Source of the DNA: Microcoleus sp.
Lineage (GTDB): Bacteria; Cyanobacteriota; Cyanobacteriia; Cyanobacteriales; Microcoleaceae
Length of the DNA stretch: 64,000 bases
Direction of reading: 5' to 3'
Assembly (NCBI GenBank): GCA_052279835.1
Contig: CP181291.1
Location: forward strand, 2,624,001 to 2,688,000
The notes beneath the pieces were generated by a model. It had not been told where the DNA came from. It ran no database searches and saw only the letters and a program-made list of their open reading frames with translations. This document shows, piece after piece, positions 1 to 9,826 of the stretch. Both the position numbers and the translations under genes were made by a program. Each line of letters opens with the position of its first letter. The first letter of the stretch is position 1.

Positions 1-1072
1 CAGTTCCGTCGGCGGAAAATCTCCAGGGAACTGAATGGTAAAATCCAGGTTCTACCCCCACTCGCCACAGAGTGTTGTTCACCATGGAAAATATTTCGTT
101 CACATCAGAAGAGTCTCTAGTCATAGGAGCTTGTTGAGGCACAAGTAGTATTCCAAGCGATGCCATGATTCCCAAAATGACTAGGCTGCCAAATATAACA
201 TTTGTTGATTTAGAATTTGTGAAATTCAACCCTTTTCCAAGGATACTGTTTTCACCACCAATGTCAATTGGCTGAAGTTCCTTCAACGCAATAGCGGCAT
301 TAGGATAGCGGGTTTTAATGCTGATAGATACCATTTTCTCTAGCCAGTTAACAAACTGAGAATTCAATTTAGGTAACTTCTTTTTAAATTGAATGCGACT
401 ATGCTCATCAAGTAAATTTCCAATCTCTGTTGATTTTGTTTTTGTTAACAAACAAATTAGTGTCATTCCTAAGCTGTATAGGTCAGACGATTCTGTCAGT
501 TCGCGATTGAATAGTTGTTCTGGTGGCATAAATCCCATTGTGCCTTTAACAACACTGCTAACTGCTGTATCACCACTTGTACGGGCAAAGCCAAAGTCTA
601 CAAGATAAGCTGCGATCTGTCGTGAACGATTAACCAGAATATTTTCTGGCTTAATGTCTCTATGGACTATAGGGGGCGATTGCTGCTGTAAATAGACCAG
701 AACATTCAAAATATCAAGAGCAATTTGCTTAATTTCATGAAGCTCCAAATGCTGAGAATGAGACAAAGCAACAGCTTTTTTGTATTCCTGAACTAAGCAA
801 AACCCGTTCGCAGTTTCAAATGAATTAAGATATAGGGGGATGTTAGGATGATTAAGCGATCTTAAGATCTTAAGTTCTGCTTGATAAGCATTATACCCAG
901 CCCAAGAGGTTGTGCTGGTTGCAAATTGAAATTGCTTGATCGCAACAGCTTTTTGATCTTTTATTTGAATTGCTTTGTAAGTAACTCGACCTCCAGAGCT
1001 ATTTTCCCCTAGAACTCGGTCAACCTTATATCCTTGAGAACTAAAGTCTGGATACTCATTTGTGGATTGCAT
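1..1072 (-). CDS. Ser/Thr protein kinase (Pkn2-type) with TM segment; 3' end runs off the window
   Basis: Manual minus-strand translation from ATG 1072 (MQSTNEYPDFSSQGYK...) gives VAIKQF, HPNIP, VHRDIKPENIL, LVDFG, GTMGFMPPEQ, SDLYSLG, then a hydrophobic stretch; absent from the ORF track because no stop lies in the window. Confidence 0.9.
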   Translation of the reverse strand, partial: MQSTNEYPDFSSQGYKVDRVLGENSSGGRVTYKAIQIKDQKAVAIKQFQFATSTTSWAGYNAYQAELKILRSLNHPNIPLYLNSFETANGFCLVQEYKKAVALSHSQHLELHEIKQIALDILNVLVYLQQQSPPIVHRDIKPENILVNRSRQIAAYLVDFGFARTSGDTAVSSVVKGTMGFMPPEQLFNRELTESSDLYSLGMTLICLLTKTKSTEIGNLLDEHSRIQFKKKLPKLNSQFVNWLEKMVSISIKTRYPNAAIALKELQPIDIGGENSILGKGLNFTNSKSTNVIFGSLVILGIMASLGILLVPQQAPMTRDSSDVNEIFSMVNNTLWRVGVEPGFYHSVPWRFSADGT

Positions 1073-1115
1073 ATCTATAAAAGTAGGGTAGTATTATGAT
1101 CGCAGACTTTGATTT

Positions 1116-1776
1116 TCAGTTTGATGCAATGTATTCCCGACCAAAATTCTGCACTTCTCGCAACACAGTCAGATCCGTCTCCGTTTTTCGTAGTTCAATC
1201 CACTGATTCAACTGGTCCACACTCACCATAGGAAAAGCACGGCTATTAAGTGCATCTGTGTACTGCCCATCCTGAAACAATTGAATACTCAATTTATGCC
1301 GCCGATACAACCAGATTTCTGGAACTTCCATTGCCAGATAGATAGACATTTTGCTGGCTGAAGAAACTGGCAATATCTACTTCCAACGCCAAATCGGGGG
1401 CAAGACTTTCAGAAGCGTTTGTCTCCATCCCTTGCCCTCGTGTGGCATTTTGGATGTAGAAACAGGTATCGGGCTCAATGCCGCGATCGATGGTTTCACG
1501 ATTCAGCGTAGTGGAACCAAAATCATTTGCCTCCATCCCCAACTCCATTGCCAGCATTGTAATGATTTTTGCCAGCAGCCGATTGACGATTTCGTGAGGT
1601 TCTCCTGGCATTCTGATCTCCAATACTCCCTGGTTATAAGCAATGCGAGTTGGGCGATTATCTCCCAAGTTTTGCAGCAACGCTTCATAGGTTTTCCAGG
1701 TTAGCCCTGAAATGATCATGGCACTACCAGGAGTCAACTTAATTTGATTGATTGGTGTCGCGATCGCTGCGCTCAT
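1116..1776 (-). pseudogene. Uma2/DUF820-family endonuclease-like gene split by a +1 frameshift near 1365
   Basis: ORF 1294-1776 has TWKTYEAL, G.LEI.MP..PHE, GIEPDTCFYIQN, PDLALEVDIAS; ORF 1116-1373 continues SSASKMSIYLAMEVPEIW; one extra T in AGTTTCTTCA joins them. Confidence 0.8.
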
Positions 1777-1971
1777 GGGTTAGCTCTCTAGCGAATAGTA
1801 ATTCGGTTTCTAAATTACTCGTATTATAGCTGTTCGGGCTGTGTATTTAGATTTCACAGCGCGATAATCGTAAGGTGCATCGCCATCAATAATCTGTCAG
1901 TAAAATCAATTTTTTGGTAGCGACGCACCTTACAAAATATAGTAAGGGGGCAATTTTTGCTTTTTGCTCGA

Positions 1972-3585
1972 TTAATGCACTCTGCACACTAGGGCGATCG
2001 CCTCTTGATTTTCTAGTACCAAACCATACTCCAAACCTTCAACCACAGCCTGACAAGAAGCATCCAAAATATTACCAGAAACCCCAACCGTCGTCCAGCG
2101 ATCTTGACCGTTACTAAACTCAACCAACACGCGAGTTTTAGCAGAAGTTCCCGCGCCACCGTCGAGAATCCGCACCTTGTAGTCTGTTAGGTAAAAATGT
2201 GCGATCGCCGGATAGAAATTAACCAAAGCTTTCCGCAAAGCCGTATCCAAAGCTGAAACCGGGCCGTTTCCTTCCGCAGCTTCCAAAATATTTGTGCCAT
2301 TTACCGACAATTTCACCGTCGCTAAAGCCGCACAATCTTCGCCTACCTTATCGCAGTGAACTTGAAATCCCTGAATTGTAAACCAGGGCTGACGCTTTCC
2401 CAAAGCTTCTCGCATTAACAATTCAAAACTCGCCTCAGCAGCCTCAAATTGATAGCCCTGACTTTCCAATTTTTTCAATCTTTCCAGAATTTGGCGACAA
2501 GCAGGATCTTGGCGATCGAGTTCAATCCCAAAAGTTTTAGCCTTTGCTAAAACATTGCTTAAACCCGACTGATCGGAAATCACAATTCGGCGAATATTCC
2601 CGACTTTTTCCGGTTCTAAATGTTCGTAAGTTAGCGGATTTGTTTCCACAGCAGATACATGAATTCCGCCCTTATGAGCAAAGGCTGAAAGCCCCACAAA
2701 AGGAGCGTGGTCATCGGGAGCTAAATTGACAATTTCGCTGACAGATCGACTAACCTGAGTTAATTTGATTAATTGCTCATCTTGAATACAATCATAACCC
2801 AACTTAAGTTGAAAATTTGGAATCAAAGAACACAAATTAGCATTACCACAGCGTTCGCCATAACCATTAATAGTTCCCTGTACCATCTTCACTCCTTCCT
2901 GCACAGCAGCCAAAGCATTAGCCACCGCAACTCCGGAATCATTATGAGTATGAATCCCTAACTGTAAAGACGAGTTAGAATCGATACTTAAAACCTCTGA
3001 AACCTCTCGCACAACCTGACTAATTTCGTGAGGCAAAGTGCCGCCGTTGGTATCGCAAAGCACCAGCCATTCAGCACCAGCTTGGGCCGCCGCCCTCAAT
3101 GTTTGAATGGCATAATCTCGATTGTGTTTATAGCCATCAAACCAGTGTTCAGCATCATAAATAACCCGCCTTCCCTGACTCCGCAAATATTCAATGGTAT
3201 CTGCAATCATCGCCAAATTTTCATCTAGCGTCGTCTTCAACCCTTCAATGACGTGCAAATCCCAAGACTTGCCAAACAGTGTTACCCAGTGAGTACCAGC
3301 AGACAAAATAGCCTGCAACATTTCATCATTAGCCGCCGCCCTTCCCGGTCTCCTAGTCGAACAAAAAGCCACAACTTCTGCTTGAGTTAGCGGCTGTTCT
3401 TTCAGTCGCCAAAAAAATTGTACGTCTTTAGGATTAGCCCCTGGCCAGCCACCTTCGATAAAAGGAATTCCTAAACTGTCTAACTGACGAGCAATTTGTA
3501 GTTTGTCTTCCAGAGATAGGGAGAGTCCCTCGCACTGGGCACCGTCTCGCAGCGTGGTATCGTAGATCCAGAGCCGATTTGTCAT
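1972..3585 (-). CDS. cimA: citramalate synthase (LeuA/CimA family)
   Basis: YDTTLRDGAQ, EGGWPGANPKD, HTHND, GYGERCGN, AFAHKGGIH, C-terminal GNGPV regulatory domain. Confidence 0.92.
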   Translation of the reverse strand: MTNRLWIYDTTLRDGAQCEGLSLSLEDKLQIARQLDSLGIPFIEGGWPGANPKDVQFFWRLKEQPLTQAEVVAFCSTRRPGRAAANDEMLQAILSAGTHWVTLFGKSWDLHVIEGLKTTLDENLAMIADTIEYLRSQGRRVIYDAEHWFDGYKHNRDYAIQTLRAAAQAGAEWLVLCDTNGGTLPHEISQVVREVSEVLSIDSNSSLQLGIHTHNDSGVAVANALAAVQEGVKMVQGTINGYGERCGNANLCSLIPNFQLKLGYDCIQDEQLIKLTQVSRSVSEIVNLAPDDHAPFVGLSAFAHKGGIHVSAVETNPLTYEHLEPEKVGNIRRIVISDQSGLSNVLAKAKTFGIELDRQDPACRQILERLKKLESQGYQFEAAEASFELLMREALGKRQPWFTIQGFQVHCDKVGEDCAALATVKLSVNGTNILEAAEGNGPVSALDTALRKALVNFYPAIAHFYLTDYKVRILDGGAGTSAKTRVLVEFSNGQDRWTTVGVSGNILDASCQAVVEGLEYGLVLENQEAIALVCRVH

Positions 3586-3702
3586 GGGGAATTAGAAATT
3601 TCAATTTGGTAATATATGAATTATCATATTAGATGAAATTCTGGCAAATAAATGCGATAATATATAGGAAAATTAACATAGATCTAATTGGGGTGAATTG
3701 CT

Positions 3703-4041
3703 GTGGTTAAAGTACAAGCACAAGGAAAAACTTTTGAGTGCGATCGGGGAGCCAATCTCCGTGAAGTTTTGCTAGAGAACGGCATCGATCTCTACAACGG
3801 CAATGCCAAAATCATCAATTGTCACGGTCTCGGCACTTGCGGCACCTGTGCCGTCACCATCGAGGGCGAAGTTTCCGAACCCCAGTGGCGTGAAAAAACC
3901 AGACTTTCCCTCCCTCCCCATTCTCCCACATCCAACCGCCGTCTGTCTTGCCAAACTCAAGTTTTAGGCGATATTAAGGTAACAAAATATGACGGTTTTT
4001 GGGGTCAAGGTTCTGAAACAGTCTGGAAACCAACCGCCTAG
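3703..4041 (+). CDS. 2Fe-2S ferredoxin-like protein
   Basis: NCHGLGTCGTC ... RRLSCQ motif. Confidence 0.88.
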   Translation: MVKVQAQGKTFECDRGANLREVLLENGIDLYNGNAKIINCHGLGTCGTCAVTIEGEVSEPQWREKTRLSLPPHSPTSNRRLSCQTQVLGDIKVTKYDGFWGQGSETVWKPTA

Positions 4042-4191
4042 ATTTTTGATTTAAAAACGCACATAAGTGAACCACACTTAAAAAGATAAAATATCCAGAG
4101 CCCTGACAATTTCTGCGAAGTCAGGGTTCTGAAACAAGATAGTTGTACGTTGAATGAGGTCAAAAGGGCAAAAAAGTCCATAGAAAATTCT

Positions 4192-5280
4192 ATGAATGTA
4201 TCTCAAGATATTCTGATTATTGGTGGCGGAATTATCGGTCTTTCCCTAGCAGTTGAACTGAAATTGCGAGGGGCATCTGTGAGTGTAGTCGATCGAGATT
4301 TCAAACAAGCAGCCGCACGCGCCGCAGCGGGAATGCTGGCACCTCAAGCGGAAAAAATCCCTCCCAGTCCGATGCTGGATTTGTGTTTGCAAAGTCGCGC
4401 CTTGTATTCTACGTGGGTCGATCGACTAGAAGATATTACCGGATTGAAAACGGGATATTGGCGATCGGGAATTCTCGCACCAGTTTGTCAAGGTGATTGG
4501 GAAGACAAGTCATCTTTACCAAATATGAATGCTCAATGGCTGGATGCAGATACTATTCGCCAACACCAGTGGGGATTGGGTGAAGAAGTAGTTGGCGGTT
4601 GGTGGTATCCTGACGATGCTCAAGTTGATAATCGCGCTTTGTTTAGGACGCTTCAATTTACTATTAAAAAATTGGGAATCGAAGTTATTCAAGACAATTC
4701 TGTCGAAATTATTCGGGAAGCAAATAGAGTTGTTGGTGTGGAAACAACGGCGGAAAAATTAAAAGCTGACCGTTATGTTTTGGCAACAGGTGCTTGGTCT
4801 GAGATATTATTGGATATTCCTGTTTATCCCAGAAAAGGGCAAATGCTGTCTGTATGCGTCCCGGAAAGTTACGAAGTGATTCAGCCGCTGCAAACCGTTT
4901 TATTCGGAACAGGGATTTATATTGTGCCGCGTCAAGATGGTAGGATTATTATTGGCGCGACTAGCGAAAATGTAGATTTTACTCCAGGAAATACGCCGAC
5001 CGGAATTAAAAAATTGCTAGCCGGAGCTATTAAGTTATATTCAGAATTGCAAAATTATCCGATTCTGGAGTTTTGGTGGGGTTTTCGGCCAGCTACCCCT
5101 GATGAATTGCCCATTTTAGGTGCTAGTGCTTGGGAAAATTTAACCCTAGCGACGGGGCATTATCGCAATGGTATTTTGTTGGCTCCTGTGACGGCGAAAT
5201 TGTTGGCTGACTTGATTGAAAATGGGAAGTCTGACCCGTTGCTAACTGCTTTTCATTATTCCCGGTTTATGAAAAATTAG
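4192..5280 (+). CDS. thiO: glycine oxidase
   Basis: IIGGGIIG FAD motif, AAAGMLAP, GFRPATPD, ATGHYRNGILLAP; ATG 4192 preferred over the upstream TTG. Confidence 0.9.
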   Translation: MNVSQDILIIGGGIIGLSLAVELKLRGASVSVVDRDFKQAAARAAAGMLAPQAEKIPPSPMLDLCLQSRALYSTWVDRLEDITGLKTGYWRSGILAPVCQGDWEDKSSLPNMNAQWLDADTIRQHQWGLGEEVVGGWWYPDDAQVDNRALFRTLQFTIKKLGIEVIQDNSVEIIREANRVVGVETTAEKLKADRYVLATGAWSEILLDIPVYPRKGQMLSVCVPESYEVIQPLQTVLFGTGIYIVPRQDGRIIIGATSENVDFTPGNTPTGIKKLLAGAIKLYSELQNYPILEFWWGFRPATPDELPILGASAWENLTLATGHYRNGILLAPVTAKLLADLIENGKSDPLLTAFHYSRFMKN

Positions 5281-5439
5281 ATTATTAATATCAAATCCCC
5301 TAGCCTCTAAATTATTCATCTCTCTACTCTCTCCCTCTGTGTCCTCTGTGTTCTCTGTGGTAAAAAAAATCCGATCGATCCAACCGCAAACGATATGACA
5401 TCAGCTTTAGTAAAAATATTAGCAGTAAGTTAGATTTTA

Positions 5440-6618
5440 TCACCTACGCTTTAAACCTAGTACGCTGAGGAAAAAGCTCGATAAAACCATCTGCAAACCT
5501 ACAGTCAGGCAAGTGAGCGACGGAATCACCAAACGCAAAGTTTTGGAAGGGTTAAGGATGCCAAAAGCAGTTTCACTCCAGATAGTTAACGATAATATCG
5601 AGCCAACTATTCCAATTAATATGAGGGCGACTCCGACAATCAATCCTGTCTCTAGGGTGACATAGCGAAATATTTTATTGAGTTTGGGGTCTGGAGGCAG
5701 TAGTTTCTCGCTGATGGCGAAAACTTTGGTGAATAAAGCAAATGTTACTGCTTGAAAACCAATGATAATTGCGATCGCAGCATAAAGCAGAGTGTGCACA
5801 TCAAAGCTAACACGGCCAATCTTTTGAGTACCCGGTAATAGCCATATGCCCACAATTAGACCCCAAATCATCAGCGCTACACCCGGATACAAAAACAGCC
5901 AGCGGGGACTGTAAAGCAGCAAAAATCGCAGGTGTCGCCAGCCATCTCGCCAAGTTCGCAGATGTGGCGGACGGCTGCGGCCGTCGGGAGAGAGTACGGT
6001 GGGAACTTCAGCGATTCGTAGTTTGTACAGAGAGGCTTTGACTACCATTTCGCTAGCAAATTCCATCCCTGTTGTTTGCAAGTCCAGGTTTAAAATTGCA
6101 TCTCTTCTGAAACCCCGCAGCCCACAGTGAAAGTCGCCGGCGGGACTTGAGAAAAATAGCCGCCCAACCCATGTCAGCACAGGATTTCCTAAGTATTTGT
6201 GCAGCGGTGGCATTGCACCCGGTTTGATGCCGCCTTGAAAGCGGTTTCCCATGACTAAATCCCAGCCACCTCGCAATTTTTCGACAAAAGCGCCGAGGTT
6301 GGAAAAGTCGTAACTGTCGTCAGCATCGCCCATAATAATATAGACTCCGCGTGCTGCGACGAGCCCTCCCATGAGGGCGCTACCGTAGCCTTTGGCTGGT
6401 ACTGGGATCACTCTGGCTCCCATTTTGGTGGCAATTTCTTGAGACCCGTCAGTGCTGCCGTTGTCTGCTATGATGACCTCGCCAGCAATATTGAGTTCGC
6501 CCAGAGACTTCTGTGCCTTCTCTATGCAGATTTCTAGTGTTTCTGCTTCGTTCAGGCAGGGCATGAGTATCGATAATTCGAGAGTGTATTCCCAGGTTGC
6601 CTTGGTCTGCTGTGCCAT
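5440..6618 (-). CDS. GT2 family glycosyltransferase (polyprenol-phosphate glycosyltransferase-like) with C-terminal TM helices
   Basis: MPCLNEA, DNGSTDGS, MGDADDSY, DFHCGLRGF, hydrophobic C-terminus. Confidence 0.88.
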   Translation of the reverse strand: MAQQTKATWEYTLELSILMPCLNEAETLEICIEKAQKSLGELNIAGEVIIADNGSTDGSQEIATKMGARVIPVPAKGYGSALMGGLVAARGVYIIMGDADDSYDFSNLGAFVEKLRGGWDLVMGNRFQGGIKPGAMPPLHKYLGNPVLTWVGRLFFSSPAGDFHCGLRGFRRDAILNLDLQTTGMEFASEMVVKASLYKLRIAEVPTVLSPDGRSRPPHLRTWRDGWRHLRFLLLYSPRWLFLYPGVALMIWGLIVGIWLLPGTQKIGRVSFDVHTLLYAAIAIIIGFQAVTFALFTKVFAISEKLLPPDPKLNKIFRYVTLETGLIVGVALILIGIVGSILSLTIWSETAFGILNPSKTLRLVIPSLTCLTVGLQMVLSSFFLSVLGLKRR

Positions 6619-6776
6619 ATGTTTGTTTCACTCTTGCTCGCGAGCGATAATCCTTATTTTTCCCGTATCTTTGCTTAAATTATGGGTGGGCAACCAAATT
6701 AAAAACAACTTAATAAAAGCTGTTAAGGATGTTTTTTTATACAATTATTATGGCTGTATTATAGGTGGGTAAATTC

Positions 6777-7169
6777 ATGAATAGAAGCGTTTTTCTAGTT
6801 TTGCTTGCTGCTATTTTGTGTGGCGTTCTCGGTCAATTTAGCCTGAAAGCTGGAGCTAAAATATTAGGGCCCATTGGTGCTGCTAATTTAGTTGAAAAAA
6901 TCCTAGCAATGGCTACTCAGCCTCTGATAGTAGGCGGTCTGGCTTTGTATGCAGTTTCTTCTATAGGGTTTATTGTTGTACTTTCTCGCGCCAACCTTAG
7001 CATAGTCTCGCCTTTACTGTCAATTAGCTACTTGTTTACTGTCTTAGGAGGGAAAATTATCTTTAACGAGCCTTTACCACCGTTGCGATTGGTAGGCATG
7101 GGGTTAATTATGACGGGAGTAATTTTTGTACTCCGAGGTCAAGCTGGAGGGGCGACAGGAGGAAGTTAG
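6777..7169 (+). CDS. small DMT/EamA (ArnE/ArnF-like) membrane protein
   Basis: Four hydrophobic helices, GQFSLKAG, LSRANLS..SPLLSISY, IFNEPL pattern. Confidence 0.75.
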   Translation: MNRSVFLVLLAAILCGVLGQFSLKAGAKILGPIGAANLVEKILAMATQPLIVGGLALYAVSSIGFIVVLSRANLSIVSPLLSISYLFTVLGGKIIFNEPLPPLRLVGMGLIMTGVIFVLRGQAGGATGGS

Positions 7170-7172
7170 TCT

Positions 7173-8057
7173 ATGTCTAATTTTGGGGATGCTGTGAACA
7201 TAGATCTATTATTGCGCGATCGCAGGGCAATTCTGGCCACCATGCACCAAAAAGAACGGGTGATGGCTCCGATTTTGGAGCGGGAATTAGGTGTCAAAAT
7301 CCTAGTACCTGCGGATTTAGACACAGACTCCTTTGGCACTTTTACCAGAGAAGTTAAACGCTTAGGAACTCAAATAGAAGCGGTGCGATTAAAAGCGGCA
7401 ACTGCTCTGGATATTGCCGGGGAAACTCTGGCCTTCGCCAGCGAAGGTAGCTTCGGCCCTCATCCGGCAATGCCCTATCTGCCTGCTAATCGAGAAATTG
7501 TGATTTTATTAGATAGAGAACACAATCTCGAACTGATTGGCGAATCTTTATCAGTGGAAACTAACTACAGTCATCAGTTAGTTTCCAGTGTAGAAGAAGC
7601 GCAAGTTTTTGCTAAGAAAGTTGGATTTCCCCAACACGCTCTGGTGGTTGTAGCTGGTGATGTGGCCACAGGTAATGGCGAAATTGTCAAGGGAATAGTT
7701 ACAGAAAAAGATTTGGTTGATGCTGTTAGCGCTGGTATCAACAAATCAGCCAGTGGTAAAGTTCATGTCGAAACAGATATGCGGGCGATGTACAATCCAA
7801 CTCGGATGGAAAATATCGCCAATGCCACTCTTGATTTAGTCAAAAAATATTACCAATTCTGCCCGGAGTGCCGTTGGCCGGGATTTGATTGTGTAGAAAA
7901 TAAAATAGGGTTGCCCTGCGGACTGTGCTATTTTCCGACTCAGCTAGTGCGATCGACAATTTATCAATGCAAAGCTTGCGGTTATCGCCAAGAAAAACTA
8001 TTTCCAGAGGGCAGAGAAACTGCCGATCCCGCCCAGTGCCAATATTGTAACCCCTGA
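7173..8057 (+). CDS. conserved hypothetical protein (DUF6671-like) with C-terminal Cys-pair clusters
   Basis: LATMHQKE, DTDSFGTFTRE, ASEGSFGPHP, ETDMRAMYNPTRM, CPEC/CGLC/CKAC/CQYCNP. Confidence 0.7.
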   Translation: MSNFGDAVNIDLLLRDRRAILATMHQKERVMAPILERELGVKILVPADLDTDSFGTFTREVKRLGTQIEAVRLKAATALDIAGETLAFASEGSFGPHPAMPYLPANREIVILLDREHNLELIGESLSVETNYSHQLVSSVEEAQVFAKKVGFPQHALVVVAGDVATGNGEIVKGIVTEKDLVDAVSAGINKSASGKVHVETDMRAMYNPTRMENIANATLDLVKKYYQFCPECRWPGFDCVENKIGLPCGLCYFPTQLVRSTIYQCKACGYRQEKLFPEGRETADPAQCQYCNP

Positions 8058-8390
8058 ACAAACCAGATGTTAAACCTCAGAAATAATATCAATTCGAGCT
8101 GCACTCAGACATGATTTTTGACTGTTAATATCAATTCCGGTTGTATCGGAATGATTTAACCGCGAAGGCGCGTTCGGCGAAGCCGTTCCCGTAGGGTAGG
8201 ACGCGAAGCAAGAGAAGAGAGAGTTTAATACAGGACGATGAAGAGAGGATTTTATATAATATCAAATCCGGTAACATCGGAATTATTCATCTCTCTTATC
8301 TCCCTCTGTGTTCTCTGCGTTCTAGTAAGGTTAAATCATTCCGATGCAGCCGGAAACGATATAACTGATGATTTAAAAAAAGACCAAACA

Positions 8391-8420
8391 AAAAGCGCCC
8401 CTATTTCTAGGAGCGCTTTT
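8391..8420. terminator. intrinsic terminator downstream of psbA (probably bidirectional)
   Basis: AAAAGCGCcCCTA-tttc-TAGGaGCGCTTTT hairpin with A/T tails on both sides. Confidence 0.75.
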
Positions 8421-8440
8421 TGTTTATCTCAAGTTAAAAA

Positions 8441-9523
8441 TTAACCGTTGATAGAAGGAGCAACCAAAGCAACTGGTGTGGTTTCGCCAGCAGCCAAGTC
8501 GAGTGGGAAGTTGTGAGCGTTGCGCTCGTGCATTACTTCCATACCCAAGTTAGCGCGGTTGATAACATCAGCCCATGTATTGATTACGCGACCTTGTGAG
8601 TCGATAATCGATTGGTTGAAGTTGAAACCGTTCAAGTTGAAAGCCATGGTGGAGATACCTAGTGCTGTGAACCAGATACCGACAACTGGCCATGCACCTA
8701 ACAAGAAGTGCAAAGAACGGCTGTTGTTGAAAGAAGCATATTGGAAAATCAAACGACCGAAGTAGCCGTGGGCTGCAACGATGTTGTAGGTTTCTTCTTC
8801 TTGACCGAATTTGTAACCGTAGTTTTGCGATTCGGTTTCGGTTGTTTCACGAACCAAAGAAGATGTTACCAAGGAACCGTGCATGGCGGAGAACAAGCTA
8901 CCACCGAAGACACCAGCAACTCCCAACATGTGGAAGGGGTGCATCAGGATGTTGTGCTCGGCTTGGAACACGATCATGAAGTTGAAGGTACCGGAGATAC
9001 CCAAAGGCATACCGTCAGAGAAGGAACCTTGACCGATTGGGTAGATCAAGAATACTGCGGTGGCTGCTGCAACTGGTGCAGAGTAAGCGACGCAGATCCA
9101 AGGACGCATACCTAGGCGGTAGGACAATTCCCATTCACGACCCATGTAGCAGAAAATGCCGATCAGGAAGTGGAAAATCACTAGCTGGTAAGGGCCGCCG
9201 TTGTACAACCACTCATCGAGGGAAGCAGCTTCCCAGATTGGGTAGAAGTGTAAGCCAATGGCGTTGGAAGAAGGAACAACAGCACCTGTGATGATGTTGT
9301 TACCGAACATCAAGGAACCTGCAACTGGTTCGCGGATGCCGTCGATGTCCACAGGAGGAGCAGCGATGAAGGCAACGATGTAGCAGATGGTGGCAGTTAA
9401 GAGGGTAGGAATCATCAAGACGCCGAACCAACCGATATAAATCCGGTTGTCTGTGCTTGTTACCCACTCGCAGAACCGTTCCCAGACGTTGGCGCTTTCG
9501 CGCTGTTGTAAGGTTGTTGTCAT
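8441..9523 (-). CDS. psbA: photosystem II D1 protein, Glu130 form
   Basis: 360 aa [10 protein letters not shown]...[19 protein letters not shown] shows E130. Confidence 0.99.
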   Translation of the reverse strand: MTTTLQQRESANVWERFCEWVTSTDNRIYIGWFGVLMIPTLLTATICYIVAFIAAPPVDIDGIREPVAGSLMFGNNIITGAVVPSSNAIGLHFYPIWEAASLDEWLYNGGPYQLVIFHFLIGIFCYMGREWELSYRLGMRPWICVAYSAPVAAATAVFLIYPIGQGSFSDGMPLGISGTFNFMIVFQAEHNILMHPFHMLGVAGVFGGSLFSAMHGSLVTSSLVRETTETESQNYGYKFGQEEETYNIVAAHGYFGRLIFQYASFNNSRSLHFLLGAWPVVGIWFTALGISTMAFNLNGFNFNQSIIDSQGRVINTWADVINRANLGMEVMHERNAHNFPLDLAAGETTPVALVAPSING

Positions 9524-9572
9524 GGTTTTATGATTGCTGTATTTAGTTGTGAATGTTCGGATGATGTCTCTA

Positions 9573-9611
9573 TTATTACGGCTATCACTAAGATTTGTAA
9601 AGGGGTGTAAC
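9573..9611 (-). promoter_or_regulatory. psbA promoter: HLR1-like direct repeat overlapping -35 TTTACA, -10 TAATAA
   Basis: Minus strand GTTACACC-CC-TTTACAAA (RpaB HLR1-like), then a 17-nt spacer after TTTACA and TAATAA. Confidence 0.55.
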
Positions 9612-9826
9612 GACAGTTAAACTGATGATGGGTATAAGCTTGGCTTATACAATCTGCACTCCCCTTCATGGGGAGGAGGCTGGTGATAGGGCATCGGGTA
9701 AGGTGACTATATATATGAGATATTTGGGTTGAGGTGCGATCTCGATCGCCAGAGTGCAAGTTCTACATCTAATGTGCTACAAACTGGCTGTAGTTTGTTT
9801 TTAAATCAAAATTGCTGGCTAATTTA

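Noticed and set aside
8520..9291. Plus-strand ORFs overlapping psbA
   Set aside because: Antisense shadows of a highly codon-biased gene
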